The position numbers were made by a program, and so were the translations under genes. Positions 37,606-47,586 of a stretch of DNA of 64,000 nucleotides are shown in pieces. Source of the DNA: an uncultured Bacteroidales bacterium (lineage in GTDB: Bacteria > Bacteroidota > Bacteroidia > Bacteroidales > VadinHA17). The DNA lies in NCBI GenBank assembly GCA_963717685.1, contig OY970346.1:1183695-1247694 (forward strand), read 5' to 3'. Every line of letters begins with the position of its first letter. Within the stretch, counting starts at the first letter, position 1. The notes under the pieces were generated by a model that had not been told where the DNA came from, searched no databases, and saw nothing but the letters and a program-made list of their open reading frames with translations.

Positions 37606-38234
37606 CATTGTCCGTGTTAGCGGGCAGTATTTATCTTCGTTTTAAATGTTTTAATCCAATACTACCTTTCTAAATTAATAATTTTAATTTCTTCTCCATC
37701 AGGAGTCAGTTCTGATAATCTTAAAGTTACACTATTTTCCGTCAGACCTGCAATAACATAAGTACCCATGCTTGCGCCGCCCAGAAACTCAGTGCCATCA
37801 ACGTAAAATGCAATGATATTTATTTGATTGCTTGACACAAATGTATATGTACACGTGTCTAAACTAGTTCCTTCCTTTACATAAAGATTACCCTCTGATG
37901 TAAAATTGTAATAATCTGTCTGGACTCCGATGTAGTTTGAATGAATATCTGTCAGGAGTGGCCCAACGCCTTGCAACGAAGTCGAGTCATTTATAATATT
38001 CCATTTCCCAATAAGTGAAGAATCATTTACAGGGGATTTTTTACAAAAACTCGAGGCAAAGACTATAAATACTAAGATGATTGCGATAATATATTTCATT
38101 TGGCTTCGCATTTTATAGCATAGAAGAATTGAAAATAAAAGTAGGACTAAATTTGATCGTATTTTCATAATCTATCTTTTTAGATTATTTATTGAGATGT
38201 AAAAACTCTCAAAAAGGTTGCATCGGAGAATGCC
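37430..38234 (-). repeat. Right arm of the inverted repeat (core 37606-38234)
   Basis: See the left arm. Confidence 0.8.
37662..38111 (-). CDS. Small lipoprotein (149 aa), copy in the right inverted repeat
   Basis: Identical to 21680-22129. The track's 19-codon upstream extension exists only in this copy, because the left copy has TAA where this one has a sense codon. Confidence 0.65.
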   Translation of the reverse strand: MRSQMKYIIAIILVFIVFASSFCKKSPVNDSSLIGKWNIINDSTSLQGVGPLLTDIHSNYIGVQTDYYNFTSEGNLYVKEGTSLDTCTYTFVSSNQINIIAFYVDGTEFLGGASMGTYVIAGLTENSVTLRLSELTPDGEEIKIINLER

Positions 38235-38235
38235 C

Positions 38236-38304
38236 GCTAGGGGAGAACTTGGCAAAAGATGATCTGTCACCAGGAACCTTTAAAATAGTAGAAATAATGA
38301 ATAA
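38236..38304 (+). repeat. Repeat C, 3' fragment C5 (abuts M20; cut off by the right inverted repeat)
   Basis: GGGGAGAACTTGGCAAAAGATGATCTGTCACCAGGAACC... Confidence 0.55.
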
Positions 38305-38446
38305 TGTAAAATCCGTCCATCTTTGACCACCTCAAAATCCGGTCATCCTTCACCGAACATTCAAAACAAAACAACAATTCTTTAACTCCCCTTTAAAGGG
38401 TGGTCAATTAATTCCTTCCAATTAGGGTCAGATTGTCTGGTTTTTG
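38305..38446 (+). mobile_element. IS21-like MITE (M20)
   Basis: TGTAAAATCCGTCCATCTTTGACCACCTCAAAATCCGGTCA .. GGGTGGTCAATTAATTCC .. GGGTCAGATTGTCTGG. Confidence 0.7.
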
Positions 38447-38454
38447 TAAATTTG
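38447..38454 (+). promoter_or_regulatory. Candidate Bacteroidetes -7 promoter element (TAnnTTTG)
   Basis: TAAATTTG lies about 55 nt upstream of the S8 peptidase ATG. This is a motif match only. Confidence 0.25.
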
Positions 38455-38507
38455 TATAGACTTGGACCTCAATCGATAATATCATAGTTTCCAAATTCAT
38501 TATTCAA

Positions 38508-41500
38508 ATGAAAAATAAAATAGCCCTAATTACCCTGGTAGTCTTTGTTTTTGGATTAGGAATTCTGAACGCACAGGAAGCCAGTTCTTTTACGAAAGCA
38601 AATGGGAATACCAGCCATAGGCTGGATACGACTGATTTTGTAACTAATGAGATACTTGTCAAATTCAAAGACGAAGTGGAAGTTACTCCTGATAAGCTTA
38701 TGAATTACTCTTTAGCATCAAAAGGGGTAAACAGCATCCTTGAGGAGAATAATATTAAAACTGCTGAAAAGCTCTTCCCGGGGGCACAGATGCATAAGGG
38801 CGTGAAAACTGTGAAGACTCCTCTTGGCAAAGATATGGTTATACCCAATCTTCATAATATCTATAGGATTGTTCTTGGCGGAAACAAATCCTCAGGGTTA
38901 AATCCATTTGAATTAAAAGCGCTTATAAATCAGTTGAAAACGCTTCCAGAGGTTGAATATGCTGAACCGAACTATTATTATTCGATAGGCGATTTCAAAC
39001 CCGTTTCACCGGTGATGAACCAGATGGAAGCTATGAAGTGGGCTGACAGTCATCAATCAAAAGGTGGCTCCGGGCTTGTCCCGAATGACCCTCTTTACAG
39101 CCAGCAATGGGGCATTCCCGCCATTCATGCCGATCAGGTTTGGAATACTTTTACAGGTGATACAAGTGTCATAATTGCTATCCTTGATACGGGTGTAGAC
39201 TGGCACCATCCTGATCTGGCAGAGAACATCTGGATCAATCCCGGTGAAATCCCAGGTAACGGCAGGGATGATGACGGGAATGGATTTATTGATGATGTGA
39301 GAGGATGGGATTTTATTAATAATGATAATGATCCGATGGATGATAATTCGCACGGTACGCACTGTGCAGGAATTGCAGCAGCCGCAGGTAATAATGGAAT
39401 AGGGATTGCAGGTGTCAACTGGAAAGCAAAAATAATGCCGATAAAAGTATTCCAATCCGACGGATGGGGAGATGCAGCAACTATCTCCAAGGGTATAAAT
39501 TATGCCGCCCAGAATGGAGCGAAGGTCATTTCAATGAGCTTCGGAGGATACGGAGAATCTCAGACCATGAGAATTGCTCTTGCGAATGCATATGCAACGG
39601 CAGTTCTCGTTGCAGCTGCAGGGAATGACGGACTTTGTATCGGTCCAGGTAAGTGCCCCGATGATAAAATAGGCCAACCATTATTCCCAGGAGCTTATTC
39701 ATTTGTTTTAGGAGTTCAGGCTCCGCCATTACCAGCAGATGGAGGTTTTACAAATTATGACCAGGATGGCCCAGTCTTTTCAAATTACCCTGACCAATAT
39801 AATTATGAGCTTTCAGCCCCTGGCACTGGCATAATTTCTTGTGTCCCAGGAGGGAATTACAGGATAGCCTCAGGCACATCAATGGCAACTCCTTTTGTTG
39901 CGGGTGCAGTTTCTCTTTATAGAGAATTGAAACCAAAGGACGGTCAGGAAATTATGTGGGGAAACCTCATTAACAGTTCATCTGAATATATTGATATCAA
40001 TGGTGCACTCAATATTGTTTCTATACCAGTCATAAATATTACCAATTTTGTTATGTCAGATACAATGCCGGGTGATGACAGGGATGGTAAAGCAGACGCA
40101 GGGGAGACGATACAGCTTGAGGTTTTTGTACATAACACCTGGGGACCGGCAGATTCTGTTTATGTGGGCATTCAATTTGCAGAATTTGAGGATACCACGA
40201 CAGCAACCATTCTACAGAAGCAGGCATTTGTAGGCTCAATAGGAGCCTATGGAACCCTTTCAAATCATCTTAATTTATTAGAGATAAAAATCAGTCCAAA
40301 CATAGCAAACGGCCGTGATATAAGATTTGTTCTTAAAACCTGGCAAGGTAAGAATCATCTTTATCAGACATCTGTTCCAGCCATTATCAATGTCACGCAT
40401 GGAACAGAGCTTAAAGGTATTCTTGACGACACGCTCCGGCTCACTTCTGATAAATTCTGGTTGGTTGACAATAGCTTTAAAATTGGTCCCAACGGGGTAT
40501 TAATAATTGAACCTGGAACTACCTTAGAAATAGAAAAACAGATAACTAATCTTGGGGAGATTTTCGCATTTGGGAAGGCCGATTCAATAGTGACAATAAT
40601 TGGTCCCTACGGTATTACTGGAGGGTTTATTTCATGTCAATATACTCATTTTGAATCATTTTATTGTGCTCCATTTTTCACAAGTTCAACTGCAAATTTT
40701 GAATATTGTAGATTCGAGAATGCTCAAAATATTATATGTTTTCAGGCAACTGATGCAAATTTTTTGCATTGTGAATTACTTAATCTTACAAGCAATTATT
40801 GGGGAACTTTCTATGGTGGTAATCTTACTTTTAAATACATTAATTTTTATAATAATAATACAGGTCCATTTATAGCGTCGAGTAGTTGGGAATTTACATA
40901 TTGTAACTTTGCAAATTCTCCTGGAACATCTCTTTATGAGAGCGGTAATTGTAATATATCTTATTGTAATTATTTAAGCATTTGTAAAAACTTTTACTAT
41001 ACAGCTACAGGCTTATATTCATTTTTGCCAAATATATACTGGGGAACTTTAGACACTTTAAAGATTGAAGATAAGATTTATGATTTTTGGGATGATGCCA
41101 GCTATTCAATCCTTAATTATAAACCATTACTGGAAAAGCCAACCTCACTTGCTCATGGTTGTGTCTGGAAAGTCGTAGTAAATGGTTTTGATGCACAGGA
41201 TCAGTTTAATCAACTAGATGCATTAGGTGTAGGCAAGCATAAATTTGAAGTCTACTTTAACAGGCCAATGGATATTAAGTATACACCTGCAATTACAATG
41301 GGTGTCAGGTATCCCTATAACCAGGTTCCTATTAATGAAAATGGTTCATGGAGCTCCGACTCTGTAATATATACTGTTTATAAAACACTAGGACTTTCAC
41401 AGTCGGACGGCCTTAACAGGCTGCAAGTCGTGGGAGGGAAAGATCCTGAAGGATTTGACCTTGTTCCTGAAAATGAGAGGTTTAATGTCAATATACAGTC

Positions 41501-42632
41501 CCAGGGTTCTCTTTCAGTTGGCTTTTTAGCGACACCGGGGATGGGTAAAGTTGCACTTCAGTGGAACTCTCCCTCCGGAACTGTGCCGGATCTCTTTGGC
41601 TATAATATGTACCGTTACACCTATATAAATGACTCGACGACAACAGATACACTTCTTATCAATAAATCTCTGATAACCGATACGGTTTATACTGATTATA
41701 ATGTTGTCCCGGGGACGAAGTATTTTTACACATATAAGACTGTCCGCACTGACCTTTCTCAAAGCTCCTTCTCAAAAATAGTAGCCGCTACGCCATATAC
41801 GGCCGCAAAAGGCGATGCCAATGGTGACCTGACAGTTAATGTAGCAGATATTATATGTGTTGTAGCATATATTCTTATGGAGAATCCGCAGCCTTTCATT
41901 TTCGATGCTGCCGACTATAACTCGGATGGTGTGGTGAATGTGCTTGACATAACGGGGATAGTGCATAAGATTCTATATCCGGGCAAGGGGGACATTACTA
42001 AAGGAACACCAGAATCTGCAACACTTTTCCTCAGAGGAGATACGCTGTTTGTAGATACACCAGTAGCACTTGGTGGTATCCAATTTACCATTAGGAATAC
42101 AAAAACTACAGATTATACGGTCCTTAGTGCCCTAGAATCATTTGAGAGAGCTACAATATCAAATGCCGACTCGCTGTTCTTTCTTGCTTACAGTATGACT
42201 GGTAAGACATTTGGACCGGGGATTGTTCCATTACTGAAATTCAATAACGGGATTCTGGATATTGACGGCATAGTGCTTTCAACAGCAACCGGTAATAGCG
42301 TCAGTCCCGTATATAAGGGTAGCAATGGAACCACTTCCGTAAACGAAATAAGGGATGTCATAACTAATAGTCTGAAGGCCACACCTAATCCGTTTTCCAA
42401 TGAGACAATTTTATTATTCAAACTTCCGGTCAAAGTTGATTTGGTGATATTCTCTGTATTTAACATATCAGGCATAAAGGTTGATGAGATAATCCTGAAA
42501 AACTTAATTGTAGGAGAAAATCAATATACATATAGACCAAATCTCAGGCAAGGCTTCTACATATTAAAGATGTCAGGGATCGTGAATGGTAAGACCAGTG
42601 TGGAGAGCAATCTTAAAGTCCTTGTGGAATAA
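38508..42632 (+). CDS. S8 subtilisin-family serine peptidase with a dockerin-like module and a T9SS C-terminal sorting domain
   Basis: Catalytic triad DTGVDWHHPDL / HGTHCAGIAAA / SGTSMATPFVAGA. Duplicated Ca-loop motifs GDANGDLTVNVADI and DYNSDGVVNVLDI lie at about nt 41811-41975. The C-terminal ~85 aa (TPNPFSNETILLFKLP..) look like a T9SS CTD. Confidence 0.9.
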   Translation: MKNKIALITLVVFVFGLGILNAQEASSFTKANGNTSHRLDTTDFVTNEILVKFKDEVEVTPDKLMNYSLASKGVNSILEENNIKTAEKLFPGAQMHKGVKTVKTPLGKDMVIPNLHNIYRIVLGGNKSSGLNPFELKALINQLKTLPEVEYAEPNYYYSIGDFKPVSPVMNQMEAMKWADSHQSKGGSGLVPNDPLYSQQWGIPAIHADQVWNTFTGDTSVIIAILDTGVDWHHPDLAENIWINPGEIPGNGRDDDGNGFIDDVRGWDFINNDNDPMDDNSHGTHCAGIAAAAGNNGIGIAGVNWKAKIMPIKVFQSDGWGDAATISKGINYAAQNGAKVISMSFGGYGESQTMRIALANAYATAVLVAAAGNDGLCIGPGKCPDDKIGQPLFPGAYSFVLGVQAPPLPADGGFTNYDQDGPVFSNYPDQYNYELSAPGTGIISCVPGGNYRIASGTSMATPFVAGAVSLYRELKPKDGQEIMWGNLINSSSEYIDINGALNIVSIPVINITNFVMSDTMPGDDRDGKADAGETIQLEVFVHNTWGPADSVYVGIQFAEFEDTTTATILQKQAFVGSIGAYGTLSNHLNLLEIKISPNIANGRDIRFVLKTWQGKNHLYQTSVPAIINVTHGTELKGILDDTLRLTSDKFWLVDNSFKIGPNGVLIIEPGTTLEIEKQITNLGEIFAFGKADSIVTIIGPYGITGGFISCQYTHFESFYCAPFFTSSTANFEYCRFENAQNIICFQATDANFLHCELLNLTSNYWGTFYGGNLTFKYINFYNNNTGPFIASSSWEFTYCNFANSPGTSLYESGNCNISYCNYLSICKNFYYTATGLYSFLPNIYWGTLDTLKIEDKIYDFWDDASYSILNYKPLLEKPTSLAHGCVWKVVVNGFDAQDQFNQLDALGVGKHKFEVYFNRPMDIKYTPAITMGVRYPYNQVPINENGSWSSDSVIYTVYKTLGLSQSDGLNRLQVVGGKDPEGFDLVPENERFNVNIQSQGSLSVGFLATPGMGKVALQWNSPSGTVPDLFGYNMYRYTYINDSTTTDTLLINKSLITDTVYTDYNVVPGTKYFYTYKTVRTDLSQSSFSKIVAATPYTAAKGDANGDLTVNVADIICVVAYILMENPQPFIFDAADYNSDGVVNVLDITGIVHKILYPGKGDITKGTPESATLFLRGDTLFVDTPVALGGIQFTIRNTKTTDYTVLSALESFERATISNADSLFFLAYSMTGKTFGPGIVPLLKFNNGILDIDGIVLSTATGNSVSPVYKGSNGTTSVNEIRDVITNSLKATPNPFSNETILLFKLPVKVDLVIFSVFNISGIKVDEIILKNLIVGENQYTYRPNLRQGFYILKMSGIVNGKTSVESNLKVLVE

Positions 42633-42675
42633 TGGACGAATCATATTTGATGCACCTTAACATTAATTAAAAACA

Positions 42676-44817
42676 TTGAAACCACTTTATAGAATAATTA
42701 CGACCGTTCTGCCAGTCCTGTTGCTCAATCAGCTGTGCATTGGTACAAATGTCATTTACGTGCAAAACGCTGTAAGTCCACCTAACAGTTCTGTAATCAT
42801 TCATGTTGGAGTAAACAATGATTCTTTATTCAATGCAGTGCAGTTTGACCTTCTGTTCCCTTCAGAATTAACATGGATCAATGATAGTGTAAGTCTTACA
42901 GTCCGGGCCGATGGTCATTCTGTTTCATCTGCATTAATTGAGCCCGGACGGTTAAGGGTTGTTGCCTGGTCATCTGTGAATGCGGACTTCACAGGTACAT
43001 CAGGAGATATTGTGGAGATCGGTTTCATTTCAGGAATGGACCCGGGAACATATCCTGTCACAATTGAGAATGCAACTCTCAGCGGCACAAACAGCAATAT
43101 ACTGACAGGAGTAACAGACGGAACCTTTACTCTTACAGCTCCAAAGGCGAAACTCTCTGTGGGATCTATTGACTGGGGGCGGATTCCACTGTTACAGGAG
43201 GCATATCGGACATTGGCAATTACCAACAGTGGAAATTTACCGTTGACTATAACTGCCCTTGATTTTGCAGATAATCGTTTTTCGAGCTCGCTGACATTAC
43301 CATTTACCCTGGCAGCAAACAATTCAGTAAATATTGATATCAGGTTTTATTCCACGATTAAAGGCACAATAACCAGCAATCTCACTGTCTATTCAAATGA
43401 TCCGGACGGCCAGCAGCTATGTGATCTGTCAGTTATTGCTTTTGCTGTCAATGAGATCCATATAGGAAATGCAACAGGGCGTTCAGGTTATGAAATGGTA
43501 ATTCCAATATCAATAAATAACATGGAGCCATTTAATGCATTCCAGGTAAAAATAAAGCTTCCTGCAGTTGCTAAATTCATCAAAGGTTCTGACGTACTAA
43601 GCACAACAAGAAAGGTTGACCATGTAGTGGCCGCAGATACCTTAAAAGATACGCTTACCATAGTTGCCTATTCTCCTTCAAATAAGCCATTCCTGTCAAA
43701 TGATGGTGTTGTCATGAACTTTACCCTTTTTGTCCAGGGACAAGGTGGAAGTTATCCCTTATCCCAATCCGGGTCAATAATTTCAGATTCAACCGGGGCG
43801 AATTCATTATCAGCAAGCTATGACGGATGGATAGATATTACAGCTCCTATTCTTGCCGTCAGTTCCAGCGAAATAGATTTCGGAAATGTTTCAACTCTTG
43901 ACAGTGCTACAACTGAACTTGTACTATTCAATAATGGCAATGATGATTTGATAATAAACCAGATCGATATTGCAGATACTGCATTTGCTTATTATGAGAC
44001 ACTGCCTTTTACGATACCTCCGGGTAAAAATAAAGTCGTGACATTAAGTTTTCGAGCTGTCGATGGGCTGGAACACAAGACTGTTTTAAGAATCCAAAGC
44101 AACGATCTTCCAAGGGATCCGACGGATGTAATATTAACAGCCAAATCCTTTTTCCCAAATGAATTAAGGGTGACTGATCTGATAGTTAAAGCCGGCACTT
44201 CTGATACTCTGTTTATAAACTTATTCAACCAATCGCTGGTCTCCGGATTCCAGTTTGATATTGGACTTCCTGTTGGAATTAATCCTTCCGCAATTGGTGT
44301 TTTCCTCACAGGACGAAAGGCCGATCATGTCGTAATGGCATCAGAAATAGATTCGGGTAAACTAAGGGTTTTATCTTATTCGGGCAGCCTGAAATCATTT
44401 TCCGGAAATTCCGGGAATATAATAGGTATTCCTATCCAGGTATCCGCAGCCTTATTGGGAACTTACCCAGTTGATATTTCTGGTGTCGTAATAAGTGATA
44501 GTATCGGGAAATCGATTGGAACAGGCTATAAATCAGGTAATATTACAATTAATGCAGCAAACGGGATTAAAAGTATAATTCTATTATCAGAAATAAATGT
44601 TTACCCAAATCCAATCACTGATGAGCTTAACATCAATTTTGGTGACGAAACAATAACAAGGATTAGTCTATGTCAACTTAATGGGTTGATAGTTTGGACG
44701 GAAGAAAAAGTAAGTAGTCATATTTTAGTCAATACGGAAATGCTTAAACCGGCAATGTACCTGCTTATTGTTGAGAGTAATAAAGGTATAGAGGTCATAA
44801 AAATTATAAAGAAATAA
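42676..44817 (+). CDS. Tri-cohesin-like surface protein with a T9SS C-terminal sorting domain
   Basis: TTG start. Three ~130-aa cohesin-like modules sit at about nt 42745-43140, 43450-43850 and 44160-44570 (FNAVQFDLLFPSEL, FNAFQVKIKLPAV, VSGFQFDIGLPVG). They are separated by Ig-like modules, and the protein ends with INVYPNPITDELNINF. Confidence 0.7.
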   Translation: MKPLYRIITTVLPVLLLNQLCIGTNVIYVQNAVSPPNSSVIIHVGVNNDSLFNAVQFDLLFPSELTWINDSVSLTVRADGHSVSSALIEPGRLRVVAWSSVNADFTGTSGDIVEIGFISGMDPGTYPVTIENATLSGTNSNILTGVTDGTFTLTAPKAKLSVGSIDWGRIPLLQEAYRTLAITNSGNLPLTITALDFADNRFSSSLTLPFTLAANNSVNIDIRFYSTIKGTITSNLTVYSNDPDGQQLCDLSVIAFAVNEIHIGNATGRSGYEMVIPISINNMEPFNAFQVKIKLPAVAKFIKGSDVLSTTRKVDHVVAADTLKDTLTIVAYSPSNKPFLSNDGVVMNFTLFVQGQGGSYPLSQSGSIISDSTGANSLSASYDGWIDITAPILAVSSSEIDFGNVSTLDSATTELVLFNNGNDDLIINQIDIADTAFAYYETLPFTIPPGKNKVVTLSFRAVDGLEHKTVLRIQSNDLPRDPTDVILTAKSFFPNELRVTDLIVKAGTSDTLFINLFNQSLVSGFQFDIGLPVGINPSAIGVFLTGRKADHVVMASEIDSGKLRVLSYSGSLKSFSGNSGNIIGIPIQVSAALLGTYPVDISGVVISDSIGKSIGTGYKSGNITINAANGIKSIILLSEINVYPNPITDELNINFGDETITRISLCQLNGLIVWTEEKVSSHILVNTEMLKPAMYLLIVESNKGIEVIKIIKK

Positions 44818-44865
44818 CTTCAAACTCTGAATAGTAGAAACGACACTTATTTTGTTTATAATATT

Positions 44866-45040
44866 GAAAGAAAGGTTGGTGTTAATTACCACCAACCTTT
44901 GTTTAAATTTAAACGGATTGTCATAGAATCTTCAAAAACCTAGCGACAAGCCAAAACCACTTGAACAGGTTGTAATGTAATTATTATGACACGATACCAC
45001 CAGATGTCACCAGATTGAATCTGGTTGCTTCTGGGACTAT
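44866..45040 (+). repeat. Repeat C, copy C6, 5' part (interrupted by IS256)
   Basis: Head hairpin and palindrome, ending ..GGTTGCTTCTGGGACTAT at the IS256 junction. Confidence 0.75.
44871..44905 (+). terminator. Hairpin plus T-rich tail 3' of the S8/cohesin gene pair (this is the head of a repeat-C copy)
   Basis: aaaggttggtg-ttaatta-ccaccaaccttt followed by gttta. Confidence 0.5.
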
Positions 45041-46410
45041 AGTAGTGTTCCCTTTTGTGTGTCTGGGTAGGTTCGGTACCCTGTAAGAATTTTGCATATC
45101 TAAAATACATTTTATTTATTTAACAGATCAAGAAATGAATCTTTTTCATCCGGGAAGAGATCCTTATCGACATCCACTGCCGGCAGAGCACGGTAATAAG
45201 CCGTTTTGTCCATCGCCGTTTTCGACATTAAAACGATGACTGACTCTTCACTGGGCATTGCTCCCCGCATCCTTAAAACCCTTCTGAAATCCCTCTGCAG
45301 GCGTTCTATCCAATTGGTTGTGTATATCATCGACTGGATCCGGTAATGATATTTAAGGTATGTAAAATAATACCTGTAAAAGGGATCTTCCCCCATCTTC
45401 TTAATGCTCCTGTAATCATTACCCCATTTTCTGCAAAGTTCCTGCCATGCAATCCATCCTTTCTCCGAAGTATAGGTTCTGTCTCCCGTCCTGAATACAT
45501 CTCTAAGATCATTGGCCAGTTCACCTTTGTCTCCATGTCTTACCCGGTTAAACATATTACGCTTGAGATGGGTGACGCACTTTTGCAGATCGCTGCCGGG
45601 ATATATCTCGGCTAATGCGTCCTCAAGATATTTTATGCCATCAGCAACTGTTAATCCTATTCTTTCAACTCCACGCTCCTGCAGAGACATAAACATCTCT
45701 TTCCAGCCTTCAGCGCTCTCTGAAGGACGATTAAAGATACCAAGCACATCTCTGGTTTTGTCTTCCTTCACGGCCATTACAACATAAAATGCTTCATTTT
45801 CCACGCTTCGCTTGCGATGGACCTTGATATGAATGGCATCTACAAAAACTATCGGGTAATAGTTCTCAAGCGACCTGGTAAGCCACTGTTCCACATCAGC
45901 TCTCAGATACTCGATCATACGGCTAATGCTGGCTTTACTCTATTGCTTACCGTATACCTCACCAAATACCTCACCTACCTGTGACTGGGTCAAGCCCTTA
46001 CAGTATAAACTGCTGGCCAGCTGCTCACATTCTACTTCCTGGTCTTTTAAAAGTGCCAGAATAGTAGGATGAAAATTACCGTATCTGTCTCTTGGTATCC
46101 TGAACTCAAGTATCCTGCCCTGTCCGTAACTCTTACCCTGACGAAAACCGTTGCCTTTGTTCCCCCGGCTCCCGTCAAGAAAATCCCGGCGCTCGGCCTT
46201 CATCATGCTTTCAATCATCAGTTCCATTAAGTCTTGCAACCCTCTTTCACGGTTTAAATGGTTGACAAATACATCCGAAAGTTGTTCCTTTGTGAAATCC
46301 ATTGGTCTTCCTGGTTTTTAGTTTTACATTTTTTGTTTGCCTTTGCAAAACTAATCCAGGGAGACCTTTTTTAAAATACCTATGTGAGACACACTTTTTT
46401 GAACACTATC
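45041..46410 (-). mobile_element. IS256-family insertion sequence (1370 bp) inserted into a repeat-C copy
   Basis: Imperfect IRs AGTAGTGTTCCCTTTTGTGTGTCT and GATAGTGTTCAAAAAAGTGTGTCT (rc). An 8-bp direct duplication GGGACTAT lies at 45033-45040 and 46411-46418. Repeat-C sequence resumes on both sides. Confidence 0.85.
45112..46302 (-). pseudogene. IS256-family (Mutator-type) transposase with an in-frame TAG
   Basis: ORFs 45940-46302 and 45112-45918 share a frame, with TAG at 45940-45942 (..EVYGKQ*SKASISRMIEYLR..). Motifs are YPIVFVDAIHIKV, VADGIKYLEDA and TTNWIERLQ. Confidence 0.85.
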
Positions 46411-46510
46411 GGGACTATTTCTTGTGATGGGAAGGGGAGAAGCTTGGCAAAGGATGATCTTTCACCAGGAACCTTAAAACATAGTAGAAATAATGAATAA
46501 TGTAAAATCC
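46411..46510 (+). repeat. Repeat C, copy C6, 3' part (after IS256; abuts M21)
   Basis: Resumes GGGACTATTTCTTGTGATGGGAAGGGGAGAAGCTTGGCAAAGG... Confidence 0.75.
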
Positions 46511-46621
46511 GTCCTTTTGTGACCACTTCAAAAGACGATCAGATTCCACATAACATACACTATAAAACAACAAGGATTTAACTCCCCTGTAATGGGTGGT
46601 TTGCAAAAACCGTGACAAGCC
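46511..46621 (+). mobile_element. MITE, right arm degraded (M21)
   Basis: TGTAAAATCCGTCCTTTTGTGACCACTTCAAAAG .. ATGGGTGGTTTGC. Confidence 0.6.
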
Positions 46622-46653
46622 TACTTATTATATTGACCGTGTTATAAGCAGTT

Positions 46654-47571
46654 TTATTTTAATGTGCTTAATATTTTATTTAAAATTGGGTAGAAAATTG
46701 CAGGTTTTTCATACATTGGAAAGTGTCCGCAATTTTGAATCCAGAACAATTCAAAGTTTGGATTAGCTATTTTCAATTCATAAGAAACGTATGAAAAAAT
46801 GTCCTGTCTGCCACAAATTATATAAACTGGCTTATTCAATTTTTTTAGTGATTGTCTAAAATCTATTTTACTTTTACTGGCATCATTGTCCATTAAAGAT
46901 TGCATCTTTTGATTTACAGGCGCATCTATTTTTTTGAATAGACTGTCAATCTTTTCTTTATTTGAAATATAGGCTAACCTTATCATGTATTTTAGAACAT
47001 ACAATTGCTCATTTGTAATAATGTTCTTTTCTCTTTTTGCTGTCAATGAGTCAATCATTTTTTTCTCATTTATACTCCATCTGGTAAGTATAGTGTAATC
47101 ATATGTGTGAAATATTTCGTCTCCTAAAGAATAGTTACCTGGGTCTATTAAAATAAGTGATTTGACTTTTTCTGGATGAATAGAAGCAAAGTACATTGCC
47201 AAAGATGCACCCCATGAATGTCCACATAAGACTGCTTGCTTAAGATGTAATTTGTCTAAAAGTAATTTAATATCTGAAACCGCTGATGCTGTGTTAATTG
47301 TAGTTGAATCAAAAGGAGTCGGGATAGAAAGTCCTGTTCCACGTTGTTCAAGTAAAATAATTCGGTGATCACCACTTAGCACTGAAGCCATCTCCGCAAG
47401 TTGCACACAATTATTTCCGGGTCCTCCTGTTAATAATATTATAGTCTCACCTTTTCCATATTCATGGTAGTAAAGGAAGCCGTTATCATACTTTATAGAG
47501 TCAAGTATTTGTCCGAAAGAGGAAAACCAAATAACAAAAAGTAAACTTAATATAAGTAAAATCTGTTTCAT
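46654..47571 (-). CDS. Alpha/beta hydrolase (proline iminopeptidase-like)
   Basis: TGGPGNN, the nucleophile elbow GHSWGAS, and a C-terminal GHFP. Confidence 0.8.
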   Translation of the reverse strand: MKQILLILSLLFVIWFSSFGQILDSIKYDNGFLYYHEYGKGETIILLTGGPGNNCVQLAEMASVLSGDHRIILLEQRGTGLSIPTPFDSTTINTASAVSDIKLLLDKLHLKQAVLCGHSWGASLAMYFASIHPEKVKSLILIDPGNYSLGDEIFHTYDYTILTRWSINEKKMIDSLTAKREKNIITNEQLYVLKYMIRLAYISNKEKIDSLFKKIDAPVNQKMQSLMDNDASKSKIDFRQSLKKLNKPVYIICGRQDIFSYVSYELKIANPNFELFWIQNCGHFPMYEKPAIFYPILNKILSTLK

Positions 47572-47586
47572 AATGCGGTGAGTTTA

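Noticed and set aside
39057-42475. Many 60-135-aa antisense or off-frame ORFs inside the S8 peptidase, cohesin, glycosidase, TonB, istA/istB, hsdR and other long genes (for example 2605-3075, 19235-19919, 33713-34183, 42915-43322, 60598-61422)
   Set aside because: These are shadow ORFs fully nested in longer ORFs that carry clear family motifs. They have no independent support.
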